Counted from the first letter of the stretch, positions 27,404-46,541 are shown. The stretch: 64,000 nucleotides of DNA from an uncultured bacterium (GCA_963695095.1 CAVOFT010000001.1:2688001-2752000), one strand, 5' to 3'. The notes: generated by a model from the letters alone, not told the origin. A program made the numbers and translations.

Positions 27404-28575
27404 CAGGCGGGCTTGGCCTGCCCGCGTGCCGGCGCCGCCGCCTCATCCCATTCGGCCGGCAGCTTCTGGCCCGGCGCCTCGCCCAGCTTGGCCTTGCGCG
27501 CGGCGAGCCCCGGCCGCGCGAAGCCCGGGTGGCCCTCCTTCAGCGTGCGGCCGTTGATGGGCGCCTCGGCCCGCGTGCGGAAGCCCACGGTCTTGTCGAG
27601 CTGGCGGCCGAGCTTGAGGATGCGGTCCACGTCGTAGCCGTGGGCGATGCCCATCTCGTCCACCATGACGAGCAGGTCCTCCAGGCAGACGAGGCCGACA
27701 TAGCGCGGGTCCCGGTAGTAGTACTCCCCGGTGCCGGGCACGGGCGAGTCGTCGAGGAAGTTGGCCGGCTGGCCGCCCAGGCCGCCCAGCGTGGCCTCGA
27801 ACTGGGTGATGCCCGCCTGCAGGGCCGCGAGCACGGAGGCCGCGGCCACACGCTTCGTCTCGTGGAAGTGGGCGATGTGCAGGGCCGTGTCGGGCAGCGC
27901 GTCCAGGGTCATCGCGAAGTAGCGGTAGACCTCGGGCGCCGAGGCGCTGCCATCGTGGTCGGCGTGCTCGATATCGTCGGCGCCGATGGCCAGCCAGCGG
28001 CGGGTGAAGTCCAGCGCGTCCTCCAGCTTGGTGGCGCCGCCGATGGGGCTGCCCCAGATCGTGCTCACCGTGCCGCACATCGTCATGCCGGCGTCGTGGC
28101 ACTTGCGGATGGAGCGCTCGCACTCGCGCCAGTACTCCGGCAGCGTGCAGCCCGAGTTGGCGAAGTGGTGCTCCTCTTCGGTGGAGACCATCATCAGCAG
28201 GCGATCGGGCCCGACGCCCTGCTGCGCCAGCTCGACGGCGCGATCCACGCCGGATTCACGGATGGTCACCGCCGTGGTGACCACCTGGTCCAGGTCGATG
28301 CCGCGCTTGGCGCAGCGCTTGCGGAAGGCCGCGCTCTTGAGGTGGGCGAGCAGGATCTCGGCGTCCTCGAACTGCGGCATCAGGTGCGGGTTGCCCAGGT
28401 TCGTCACCTCGATCGAGCGGCAGCCGGCGAAGATAAGCTCTTCGAGGTAGTAGAGCTTGGCCCGCGTGGAGATGAAAGTCTCCAGGTGCTGGAAGCCGTC
28501 GCGCACGGTGATGTCGCCGATGCGCACCCGGCGGGGCATGCGGGGGAAGATGCGCCAGTAGTCGTGCTCGCTCAT
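27403..28575 (-). CDS. HMG-CoA lyase-like (DRE-TIM) enzyme
   Basis: DITVRDGFQ, HFHET, ATLGGLGG, EDLLVM. Confidence 0.8.
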   Translation of the reverse strand: MSEHDYWRIFPRMPRRVRIGDITVRDGFQHLETFISTRAKLYYLEELIFAGCRSIEVTNLGNPHLMPQFEDAEILLAHLKSAAFRKRCAKRGIDLDQVVTTAVTIRESGVDRAVELAQQGVGPDRLLMMVSTEEEHHFANSGCTLPEYWRECERSIRKCHDAGMTMCGTVSTIWGSPIGGATKLEDALDFTRRWLAIGADDIEHADHDGSASAPEVYRYFAMTLDALPDTALHIAHFHETKRVAAASVLAALQAGITQFEATLGGLGGQPANFLDDSPVPGTGEYYYRDPRYVGLVCLEDLLVMVDEMGIAHGYDVDRILKLGRQLDKTVGFRTRAEAPINGRTLKEGHPGFARPGLAARKAKLGEAPGQKLPAEWDEAAAPARGQAKPA

Positions 28576-28675
28576 GCCGTCCCGGTCTCCCTCACCCCAC
28601 CGGTCCTGGCGGGGAGGCGGATTCTAGGACAGCACACGGGCAAAGGTCAAATCGGACGGGGATGGCCGGCGCCGG

Positions 28676-29059
28676 CTAGGCTCGGCTCCAGGCCAGGGCG
28701 CTTTCCAGATCCGGGAAGACCCGGATCTCCCAGGTCGAGCCCAGGGTCCGGGTCCGATTGGCGTAGTGCTCGCAGAGCCGCACATCGTGCGGGCTCGTCG
28801 TGACGAGCGCCACCCGCACCTTCACGTTCATCCGACCCGCGACGAGGTCGATGGCGCTCGGCTGCTCGATCTCCCGCGCGGTGATCGAGGCCAGGCTGGC
28901 CTTCAGCATGTCCCAGACCTGGTAGCGCATCGTGTCGAAGCGCGCGTCGCCATGGAGCCGGCCGTTGGCCTCGTTGATCTCCTCGATCTCGATGCTGCCC
29001 GTCATCGTGACGAGCGCCCCGTCGTCGCTCCACTCGATTTGGTAGGCCACGGCCTTCAC
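28676..29059 (-). CDS. Hypothetical protein (SpoIIAA/STAS-like)
   Basis: GGAGG RBS and C-terminal IRVF.D.ESALAW pattern. Confidence 0.55.
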   Translation of the reverse strand: MKAVAYQIEWSDDGALVTMTGSIEIEEINEANGRLHGDARFDTMRYQVWDMLKASLASITAREIEQPSAIDLVAGRMNVKVRVALVTTSPHDVRLCEHYANRTRTLGSTWEIRVFPDLESALAWSRA

Positions 29060-29275
29060 CCTCCCTTGGGCATCTCCCCTCGGCAGCAGCGGCCTGCGCC
29101 GGGTCGGGATTCCGAACCGCTTCGGAAGCGGCCGCTCCGATATCGTAATTCAAAGACTATGGCGCAATCGCTAGGTCGCCGTCAATAGGGTCGCTGCACT
29201 TCCGCGCTGGGAGAAGCCGCCCCCGGGGGCGCCACCCGGCGGCGCCCCCGGTGCATCGAAGCGCGGCTCAGCCGC

Positions 29276-29488
29276 CTAGCGCCCGCCGCTGGACTTGAGC
29301 TCGCGCAGTTGCAGGGCAATGACGAAGAGCAGGCTCACGACGGCCAGCTCGAGCAAGCGCGAAGGCGAGTAGATGCGCAGCAGGGTCATGCCCGCGAAAT
29401 TCGCCAGCTTCTCCCAGATCGCCACCCCCGCCAAGAGAAAGGCGAGCACGAAGAGCGCCCGGCTGATGAGACTCACCAATGCGGTCAT
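29276..29488 (-). CDS. Small 2-TM membrane protein
   Basis: ATGA overlap with the upstream gene, GGAGGTG RBS, two hydrophobic helices. Confidence 0.6.
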   Translation of the reverse strand: MTALVSLISRALFVLAFLLAGVAIWEKLANFAGMTLLRIYSPSRLLELAVVSLLFVIALQLRELKSSGGR

Positions 29489-29790
29489 CGCGTCACCTCC
29501 GCGCTGCGGGGAATGAGGCGGCCATCGCTCTGGAAGACGTTCGCTCGCACGTCGTAGAAGGCCACGCGCACGGCGCCGGCCTCGTCCTCGAACCAGAGCT
29601 GGAAGACATGCCCGGAGTCGGCGCTGTTGCTGACGGCCACCAGGTGGCCCCAATCGGCCGGAATCGCATCCTTGGCGACCATCTGCACATAGGCGACGTC
29701 GCCGCGCAGCGGCGCCGGTTTCTCGGGCAGCTTGGCGCAGCTCGTGGCGATCAGCAGCGCCAGCATCGACGAAAGGACTAGCACGCGCAT
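29485..29790 (-). CDS. Small lipoprotein
   Basis: Lipobox IATSC; GGAGGG RBS. Confidence 0.6.
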   Translation of the reverse strand: MRVLVLSSMLALLIATSCAKLPEKPAPLRGDVAYVQMVAKDAIPADWGHLVAVSNSADSGHVFQLWFEDEAGAVRVAFYDVRANVFQSDGRLIPRSAEVTR

Positions 29791-29909
29791 GGTCCATTCC
29801 CTCCTCGGCTGGGGTCAGGCCGCCAGCCTATCACTTCTCGACGCGCACTGCATCCCTGCTTGCGCCGCGAATCCTAACATTTCCGACATTTTTGGGACGA
29901 ACGGCTCCG

Positions 29910-30656
29910 CTAACCGCGCAGGTGGGCATCGGCCGGATCCTCGCCGCAGCGCTGGGCCAGCCACCAGATGCGCGCGGTCTTCTCGAGCACCTCGAGGCGG
30001 TCCAGAGCCTGGGCGAGGCGCTCGCCGACGGCCAGGGCGCCATGCCGCTCCCAGACGAGAGCGCTCGCGCCGGCGGCGATGGCCGCCGCGCTCGCCAGCC
30101 CGAGCGCCGCGCTGCCCGGCACCCCGAGGCGAAGCCGCGCCAGGCCGCCCGGCAGCAGCGCCGCCGTCTCGGGCATCAGGCCGAGCAGGGCCGCCTCGAG
30201 CGCGCCCTCGCCGGCCAGGCGGGGCAGCAGGCTCAGCGCGATGAGGAAGTCCGTGTGCGCGTGGAGCAGGGCCCCCGGTGCCCCGCGCGCGGCATGCACG
30301 GCCAGGTGGCAGGCCAGCTCGCTGGTGGGAGGCGGCGTGCCGCGCAGGCGGAAGAGGCCGCGGGGGCCATCGCCGATGATCGCCAGGTGCGCGGCCGGGT
30401 CGGCGGCGAGAGCGCGCAGGGGGCTGCCCGCCGCGCTCGCGACGAGCAGGTGACCGGCCGGCAGGCGGCAGGGATAGCCCGCCGGCAGGCCGGGCTCGAA
30501 GATGTCGCCGTCATGGAGGCTGCGCGTGAGCTGGGCCGGCGCGAGCAGCAGGGACAGGTTGCCCGCGCCGGCCTCGGCCCAGCCCAGCTCGGCGACGCGG
30601 CCCGCGCAGCTGGCGATTTGCGCCAGCAGCTCCTCGCCGATGGGCAGGCGCGTCAT
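29910..30656 (-). CDS. Class II aldolase/adducin family protein (RhaD-like)
   Basis: GWAEAGAGNLS, PTSELACH, LHAH, WERHG. Confidence 0.8.
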   Translation of the reverse strand: MTRLPIGEELLAQIASCAGRVAELGWAEAGAGNLSLLLAPAQLTRSLHDGDIFEPGLPAGYPCRLPAGHLLVASAAGSPLRALAADPAAHLAIIGDGPRGLFRLRGTPPPTSELACHLAVHAARGAPGALLHAHTDFLIALSLLPRLAGEGALEAALLGLMPETAALLPGGLARLRLGVPGSAALGLASAAAIAAGASALVWERHGALAVGERLAQALDRLEVLEKTARIWWLAQRCGEDPADAHLRG

Positions 30657-30808
30657 GCCCCGCGCCCCCCGCGCTCGGCGCGGCCGCCGCTATGAAGAGC
30701 CAAAGGTCTGATAGAACGCAAGTTCCATGACTCCTCGGGTAGACCGGGGCTTACGCCCACGGTCGAGCGCGGGTATATTAGCAGGAGGACCCCAGCGAGG
30801 AAACGACG

Positions 30809-33527
<2,719 letters not shown>

Positions 33528-33653
33528 GTCGGCGACTTGAAGTGCCGGGACTCCGCATCCCGCGCTGCGAAATTCAGCCTTAGCTCTGGCCAGCGCCGCC
33601 GCCAGCGCCTTTAATAGAGCTCCAACACTCCCGGAGAGCGAAGCGCCACCCCG

Positions 33654-36466
<2,813 letters not shown>

Positions 36467-36499
36467 ATCGGCGCCCGCCGGGCGCCAGAGGCGAGTAGC

Positions 36500-37752
36500 G
36501 TGCAACTGACCGTGCCTGCCTTCGGCGAATCGATCAGCGAAGTCCTGATCAGCGAGTGGCTGGTGGCCGAAGGCGCCAGCGTGGCCCGCGAGGCCAACCT
36601 CGTCGTCATCGAAACGGACAAGATCACCAGCGAGGTGCCCGCGCCGATGGATTGCCGGGTGACGCGCATCCTCAAGCAGGCCGGCGAGACGGCGACGGTG
36701 GGCGAGGTGATCGCCGAGCTGGAGGAGCTGGCGGCGGGCAGCGTCGCCGCGGCGGCGCCGGTCGCACCGGCCGTGGCGGCGCGCCCGGCTGCGCCGGCCA
36801 CTCCCGCCAGCCCGCCCCCGGGCGCGGATCCCCCTGCCGCGCCGGTGATGCCCGCCGCCGAGCGGCTGATGGCCGAACAGGGCCTGGCCGCCGGTAGCGT
36901 CGCCGGTAGCGGGCCGGGCGGCCGCGTGCTCAAGGAGGACGTGCTGCGCCACCTCGAGGCCGCTGCCGCGGCCCCGCCGGCTCCCGCGGTGCGGGCCGGA
37001 GTGGCTCCCCCGAGGCGACGCTCGCAACGCCAGTTGCGAGCGCACGAACTGAAGAGCGCGTGCCGATGAGCCCCCTGCGCAAGAAGCTCGCGCAGCATCT
37101 GCTCGCCGCGCAGCAGAACGCCGCCCTGCTCACCACCTTCAACGAGGTGGACATGAGCGCGGTCAGGCAGCCTGCGCCGCCGCGTGCAGGAGGAGTTCCA
37201 GGCCAGGCACGGCGTCAAGCTGGGCATGATGTCCTTCTTCGTGAAGGCGGCAGTCGAAGCGCTCAAGGAGTTCCCCGCCGTCAATGCGCGCATCGATGAC
37301 AAGGGCGACGCCATCGTCTACCGCAACTACTTCGACATCGGCGTGGCCGTGGGCGGCGGCAAGGGCCTGGTGGTGCCGGTGCTGCGCGGCGCCGAGCGCT
37401 TGGGCTTCGCGGACATCGAGAAGGCCATCGCCGATTTCGCCCGCCGCGCTCAGGAGAACAAGCTGACACTGGAAGAGCTGCACGGGCGGCACCTTCACCA
37501 TCTCCAACGGCGGCATCTACGGCAACCTGCTGTCGACGCCCATCGTCAACGCGCCGCAGAGCGGCATCCTCGGCCTGCACGCCATCCAGGAGCGGCCCGT
37601 GGCGCGCGAGGGCCAGGTGGTGATCCGGCCGATGATGTACGTGGCCGCTCACCTACGACCACCGCCTCATCGACGGCCGCGAGGCCGTGGGCTTCCTCAA
37701 GCACGTGAAGAGCGCCGTCGAGGAACCGAGCCGCATCCTGCTCGAGCTGTAG
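36500..37752 (+). CDS. sucB: Dihydrolipoamide succinyltransferase E2 (about 4 frameshifts)
   Basis: Lipoyl [42 protein letters not shown]. Confidence 0.95.
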
Positions 37753-40907
<3,155 letters not shown>

Positions 40908-40918
<11 letters not shown>

Positions 40919-41204
40919 CGCCCGCCTCGCGCGCGAGTTCGCCCAGCAGGCGGATGGATTCCACGCCCGCCAGCGGCAGCTCCAGGCGCAGGGCCTTGGG
41001 GAAGACGCCAAAGGCCGCGGCCTTGGCCAGAAACTCCGCGCGCGTGCCCGGGTCCTCGCCCTCGCGGTGCCAGCCTGCGTCGAGCAGCAGGATGCTCTCC
41101 GCGCGGATGTCGTCGCAGCGGCCGACGTAGGCAGCCTCGGCGGCGATGACCACCACGGTCATGCCGTGCAGGGCGTCGCGGTCGTGATGGAAGGTGCGCT
41201 CCAT
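40908..41204 (-). CDS. Small hypothetical protein (in frame with the RCC1 ORF)
   Basis: GGGAG RBS before ATG 41204 and host-like codon usage. Confidence 0.5.
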
Positions 41205-41309
41205 GGGCTCGCTCCCGGCCGGGGTATGGCCTTCAGGATCGGCCACGAGCGCCGGGCGCGCAAGCGCCAAGGGGGCCCCACCGGTCGGGGAGCCCCTCGC
41301 CTCTCCCGT

Positions 41310-42716
41310 GCTGCCGTCCGCCTTGAGGCCAAGACTGTGCAGAACCCCTGCCGCCACGGCCACGAAGTCGCTGTTGGGCTCGGGCACGTTGCATTGGCCT
41401 TCGTCGTTCAGACCCCAGGCGACGATCGACCCGTCGGCTTTGAGGCCGAGGCAGTGGTCGTTTGCGGAGATGGCCACGAAGCCGGAGTTCGGCGCAGGTA
41501 CCTCACACTTGCCGTTCTCGTTGTTTCCCCAGGCGACGATTGAACCATCCGCTTTCAGCCCAAAGTTGCATTTATTTCCGGCCGCCACCTTGACGAAGTC
41601 GCTGTTTGGCGGAGGCACGTTGTAGACATCATCGTAGTTATTCCCCCAACACGCGATCGAGCCATCCGCCCTCAGCCCCAAGAAATGAGTAGTCGCTATC
41701 GCCCAGCTCACCGTGTCATTGCCTGTCGCAATGGCCACAAAGTCATTGTTCGGCGCCGGCACACCACACTGACCATAGGTGTTGTCGCCCCAGGCCACCA
41801 GGGAGCCGTCGTCTTTCAGCGCGAAGCTGTAACGTATTCCGGCAACCATAGCAGCATAGCCGGTATTCGGCTGGGGGATCTCACACTGACCGGACTCGTT
41901 CCAACCCCAGGCGACCAACGAGCCATCGGCCCTGAGGCCGAGGCTATGAAAGGCGCCGGCGGCAACAGCTACGAAACCGGTGTTTGGTTCCGGCACATCG
42001 CATTGGCCATCCCCATTATCGCCCCATGCGACAATGACGCCATTCGCCTTCAGGCCCAAGCTGTGCACACTGCCCGCCGCTATCGCAGTGAAGTCGGCGT
42101 TCTGGCCGGGTATGTTGCACTGACCTTCGGCGTTCAGACCCCAGGCGACGATGGAACCATCGGCCTTGAGTGCCAGGATATGATGGCCTCCCGCCGCCAT
42201 CGTTAGGAAGTTGCTGTTGGGTTCCGGCACGTCGCAGACGCCGTATGCGTTGTATCCCCAGGCAACGATGGAACCGGTAGCTTTTAGTCCCAGATTGACA
42301 ACATACCCTGCGGACACGGCGACGAAGTCGGCATTGGGCTCCGGTACGTCGTTCATGCCATAGCTGCCATCTCCCCAGGCTAGGATTGATCCATCATCTT
42401 TCAGGCCCAGGAAGTGAGTCCAGTGACCCACCGACACAGCCTGGAAGCCCTCGTTGGGAATAGGTAGCTGCGCTTGCCTATACAGGTTGCGTCCCCAGAC
42501 GATCACGGAGCCGTCAGCCTTGAGCCCGATATTGCTGTCACCCACTGGAGAAGCCGAGATGGCTGCGAGGTTCTCGAGTTCCCACTGGGGCAGCACGATC
42601 GCCTCACCCCAACTGCGGATTCCATACCCTTCCTGGGCCCAGGCCACACCGCCCGTGACCAGCCATGCCAGCACGACGAACGCCAAGAACCCTCTGTGTC
42701 GGATCCTCATCGCCAT
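41310..42716 (-). CDS. Exported RCC1/BLIP-II-like repeat protein, lower GC, apparently truncated and reading through into the next gene
   Basis: Signal peptide and about 11 repeats of GLKADGSIVAWG.N..GQC.VP.PN..FVAVAAG..H. No stop at the end of the repeats. Confidence 0.75.
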
Positions 42717-42832
42717 TCCCTCGCTTTGGTCTTCGGGTTGATCGGACGCTCTGCCCCAGCTGCGGGGCGACCCGGCGAGGAATGGGACACAGAGGCGCCG
42801 CAAGTATCACGGCGTCGGAGGCAGGATCAGTG

Positions 42833-42862
42833 AAAAAAGGCCCCGCCGCCTGGCGGGGCCCC
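42833..42862 (-). terminator. Intrinsic terminator of prxU
   Basis: GGCCCCGCC/GGCGGGGCC stem followed by U6. Confidence 0.85.
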
Positions 42863-42887
42863 GGAGCAGTCGTCGTTGAAGTGGAAA

Positions 42888-43587
42888 TCAGGGCTTCCAG
42901 ACCTGCCAGACCTTGCCGACCAGGTCCGGGCCCACCTTGAGCGTGGGCTTGCCGGGCGTCCAGCCGGCGGGCGTGGCCTCGGCGCCGCCGCTGGCGCGCA
43001 CGAGCTGGAAGGCCTGCACCTGGCGCTCCAGCTCGGCGAAGTTGCGGCCGACCGGCGGGGTCATCACTTCCATGGCCTGGATCACGCCGTCGGGGTCGAT
43101 GAGGAAGCGCCCGCGGATGTCCACGCCGCCGTCCTCGTCGAAGACGCCGTAGATCTGGCCGATGCGGCCGCCGGCGTCGGTGAGCATGGGGAAGGGCACG
43201 CCGCCCTCCACCATCTTCATGAGCTCCTCGCTCTGCCAGATCTTGTGCACGAAGCGGCTGTCCGTGCTCATCGAGAGCACCTGGACGCCGAGCTTGACGA
43301 GGCTCTTGTGCTGGGCCGCGACCGCGGCCAGCTCCGTGGGTCAGACGAAGGTGAAGTCGCCGGGGTAGAAGCAGAGCACCACCCACTGGCCCTTGTAGTC
43401 GCTGAGGCTGATGTTCTTGAAGCCGCCGTCCACGAAGGCCGTCGCCTCGAAGTCCGGGGCTTCCTTGCCGACGCGTGCTAGCACTCTTCGTACCTCCCGT
43501 TGCCGCGGGCGCCGCGCTCTCGTCGGCGCTCTCCACCACCTTGGGGCCGCGGGCACTCGCGACGCAGCCCTGGTGCTTCTCGGCCAT
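42888..43587 (-). CDS. prxU: Selenocysteine-containing peroxiredoxin (in-frame UGA at 43341-43343; +1 shift in the N-terminal extension, alternative GTG start at 43484)
   Basis: [16 protein letters not shown] replaces the AhpC DFTFVCPTE motif. The frame continues to GRNF.E..RQ and EATPAGW. SECIS-like hairpin follows. Confidence 0.9.
43311..43343 (-). promoter_or_regulatory. Bacterial SECIS element
   Basis: UGA, then 11 nt, then a GGCCGC-GGUC-GCGGCC hairpin with G-containing apical loop as in E. coli fdhF. Confidence 0.75.
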
Positions 43588-43646
43588 GGCACCTCCTTGC
43601 GCCCCGCGCGCCGGCAGCCGCCGCGCGCCTCGGACGCCATGGTTGC

Positions 43647-43674
43647 ATTGTACTGAAACATCGCGGAATTGCAA
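43647..43674 (-). promoter_or_regulatory. Putative sigma70 promoter of prxU
   Basis: TTGCAA-N16-TACAAT. Confidence 0.55.
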
Positions 43675-43695
43675 GGAGGGCCGGGCAGGGGGGGC

Positions 43696-43727
43696 AAAGA
43701 AAGGGGCCCCGCCGAACGGCGGGGCCC
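43696..43727 (-). terminator. Intrinsic terminator
   Basis: 10-bp GGGCCCCGCC stem followed by CUUUCUUU. Confidence 0.8.
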
Positions 43728-43968
43728 GGAATCGGTCGGCATCGGTGACGTTGGGTTTCCCCGCCGGGCGGGGGATGATCCCAAGTCAGCGGATGACGTC
43801 GGGATGGCCCGTGGTTACGGGGACGCCACCTCCGCCAAGCCGCGTATACCTGAAGTCACTGGACCACCTCCTTTTCCGGGCGAACCGGAATTCGGTGAGA
43901 CCCACCTCACCCGGCCCCCTGACCGCCCTCGTCTCGGGGACCGCCGCAGCGTCTGCGGATGGATACCT
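43696..43968 (-). ncRNA. Candidate structured small RNA with 14-codon ORF (43859-43815) and extended Shine-Dalgarno
   Basis: Several hairpins, AAAGGAGGUGGUCCAG, own terminator, weak upstream promoter TTGGCT-N17-GATCAT. Confidence 0.5.
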
Positions 43969-44093
43969 GTCCACTATGATCGGGCATTTCCGGGCGGAAG
44001 CCAAGGGGAAAATGCGGGCGGCCGGGGCAGCAGCCCCCCGGGCGGCCCCCCACGCTGGGGACTGCCCGCAGGCAGAGCGCAGCCCTGCGCCCC

Positions 44094-44843
44094 CTACTCG
44101 ATGTTGTACTGGATGGTGACGACGACGCGGGCCAGCTTGTCGATGGTGCTCTTGTCGTAGCGTCCGCCGTACTCGTAATCCCCGTCGCTATCGCCCGCGG
44201 CCAGGATGTAGAAGGCGCCCTGCGAGGCGCTGCGCATCGAGCCCACCTTGGCGTCGCCGTTCTTGGCGAACTCCTCGGCGCGAACGCGCGCGTTCTGCGT
44301 GGCGGCGCCGATCAGGGACATCTTCACGTCTTCCAGGTTCGAGATCATGAACAGCGGCTGGTCGTGGGTGACGGCCAGGTGCTCGGCCTCGAACTCCAGG
44401 ATCGGCCCTGCGCATGCCAGCACCCGGGCCAGGTCCTGCGTGGCGAGCGTCGTGGACTGCCGAGCCTCGAAGCCGGACTGGACGCGGCGATCGCGACCGT
44501 CGCGCCCCTCCCGCATCACCCAGTGCGGTTCCACGAACTCCTGCGACTCCGTGATCGCGTCGGCGGGAAAGCCCTGCGCCAGCAGGAAGGCGCGCACCTT
44601 GGGCTGCGTGGCGCGCAGGGCGGCCAGCGCGGCGGCGAAGGTGGGAGCCGTTTCCGTGACGTTCACGGTGCACTCCGCGCGGTCGGCCTCGACCGGTTTC
44701 TCGGCCAGACCCTTCACCATGATGCTCTGGTTGCTGTCGCGCAGGTGCTTGATCTGCGTGCCGAGGACGTAGGCCGCGACGACGAGACCGATCGCGAGGA
44801 TCGCGGCCACGGCCACCGAGGGGCGCGAAGGGGAAGCGTTCAT
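44094..44843 (-). CDS. SIMPL domain (DUF541) protein
   Basis: N-terminal TM, VKGLAEKPVEAD, ATQNAR.RAE, ASQGAF.I, K.ARVVVT. Confidence 0.85.
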   Translation of the reverse strand: MNASPSRPSVAVAAILAIGLVVAAYVLGTQIKHLRDSNQSIMVKGLAEKPVEADRAECTVNVTETAPTFAAALAALRATQPKVRAFLLAQGFPADAITESQEFVEPHWVMREGRDGRDRRVQSGFEARQSTTLATQDLARVLACAGPILEFEAEHLAVTHDQPLFMISNLEDVKMSLIGAATQNARVRAEEFAKNGDAKVGSMRSASQGAFYILAAGDSDGDYEYGGRYDKSTIDKLARVVVTIQYNIE

Positions 44844-45008
44844 CGCTGCTCTCCTGCTCCGTTTCAGGTAGTATGCTCCTGCCGACTCGCGGGGCGAGTG
44901 TAGCAGCGAGGTCGGCAAGAAGGCCATCGACTTCGTCGGTTGTCATATCGCCGTGACTGGCGCCGGGGATCGCCGCAGAGGCCGGGAAATCCGCGCGGAG
45001 AAGGGCAA

Positions 45009-46374
45009 ATGAAGCAGCGAGAATTCGAGAGCGTCAATCCCTACACGGGCGTGCCGATCGCCACCTACCCGGGCCATGCGCCGGGGGCGCTGGCGGCGAT
45101 ACTCGCGCGATCGCAGGCCGCCTTCGCGAGCTGGCGGCAGGTGCCGCTGGCCGCGCGCAGCGCCTTGCTGGCCAGGGCCGGCGATCTCCTGCGCCGGAAC
45201 GTCGATCGCTACGCGCGCACGATCACGCTGGAAATGGGCAAGCCGATCGCGGAGTCCAGGGCCGAGGTCACGAAGTGCGCCTGGGCCTGCGACTACTACG
45301 CCGAGCAGGCCGCGGCCTTCCTGGCCCCGGAGCCGATCGCGACCGATGCCCACGAGAGCTTCGTCCGCTGCGATCCCATCGGCGGCGTGCTCGCGGTCAT
45401 GCCCTGGAACTTCCCCTTCTGGCAGGTGATCCGCTTCGCGGCGCCCACGCTCACGGCCGGCAACGTCGGCCTGCTGAAGCACGCCGCCAACGTCTGCGGC
45501 TGCGCCCTTCACATCGAGGAGCTGTTCCGGGAGGCCGGCTACCCGGAGGGGGTGTTCCAGACCCTGCTCATCGGCCACGAGCAGGTCGAAGCCGTCATCG
45601 CCCATGAGGCCGTGCGGGCCGTGACCCTGACCGGCAGCGAGCAGGCCGGAGCCGCGGTGGCCGCCCTCGCCGGCCGCCACCTCAAGAAGTCGCTGCTCGA
45701 GCTCGGCGGCAGCAACGCGCTTCATCGTCTGGCCGGACGCCGATCTCGACGCCGCGGTGCGCACCGCCGTGGCCGCGCGCATGGTCAACGCGGGTCAGAG
45801 CTGCATCGCGGCGAAGCGCTTCATCGTCGTCGAGCAGGTCCGCGAGGAGTTCACGACGCGGCTCGTGGCCGCGCTGCGCGGACTCCGGGCCGGGGATCCG
45901 CTGGAGGAGGCGACGCAGGTGGGTCCCCTGGCGCGCAAGGATCTCGCGGAGGAGTTGCAGGCGCAGGTCGCGCGCTCGCTGGAGCTGGGCGCGCAGGTCC
46001 TGCTGGGCGGGAGCCACGAGGGCGCCTTCTTCGAGCCGACCGTGCTCGCCGCCGTCCGGCCGGGAATGCCGGTCTTCGACGAGGAGACCTTCGGCCCGGT
46101 CGCCGCCGTCGTGAGCGCGCGCGACAGGGACCACGCCTTCGAGCTGGCCGAGCAGTCGACCTTCGGCCTCGGGCTGACGCTCTGCACGTCGGATCTGGAC
46201 GCGGCACGCCGCTACGCGGAGCGCGTGAGCGATGGGGCCGTCTTCGTGAACGAGCAGGTGAAGTCGGATCCGCGACTGCCCTTCGGCGGCACGAAGCGCT
46301 CCGGCTACGGTCGCGAGCTGGCCCGCGACGGCATGCTCGAGTTCGTGAACCGCAAGACGGTCTACATCAAGTAA
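45009..46374 (+). CDS. NAD(P)-dependent succinate-semialdehyde dehydrogenase (frameshift near 45720)
   Basis: MPWNFPFWQV.RF, LTGSE, LELGGSN, NAGQSCIAAKR, EETFGP, PFGGTKRSGYGREL. Confidence 0.9.
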
Positions 46375-46500
46375 GTCTGAGCGCCGGGGCGCCGCGCGGA
46401 GCTCGGAGTTGTCGGCGGGCTTGGAGGTGAGGAGCGCAGGTCGAAGGGCCTGGGCAGGGCAGCCACTCCGCCGGAGGGACAGGTCACCCCGCTCATGACG

Positions 46501-46535
46501 AAGCCCCTCCGCAAGTCGTTGCGGAGGGGCTCTTT
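46501..46535. terminator. Hairpin downstream of the tRNA operon
   Basis: AGCCCCTCCGCAA/TTGCGGAGGGGCT 13-bp inverted repeat. Confidence 0.6.
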
Positions 46536-46541
46536 ACCGGG

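Noticed and set aside
41310..42600. CRISPR array or DGR template/variable repeats
   Set aside because: The repeats are protein-level (~39 aa) with synonymous divergence. No identical DNA repeats, cas genes or reverse transcriptase.
43859..43875. 16S rRNA gene fragment
   Set aside because: Only the terminal 16 nt resemble 16S, with no helix-45 or other rRNA sequence around it. Better read as an extended SD on the opposite strand.
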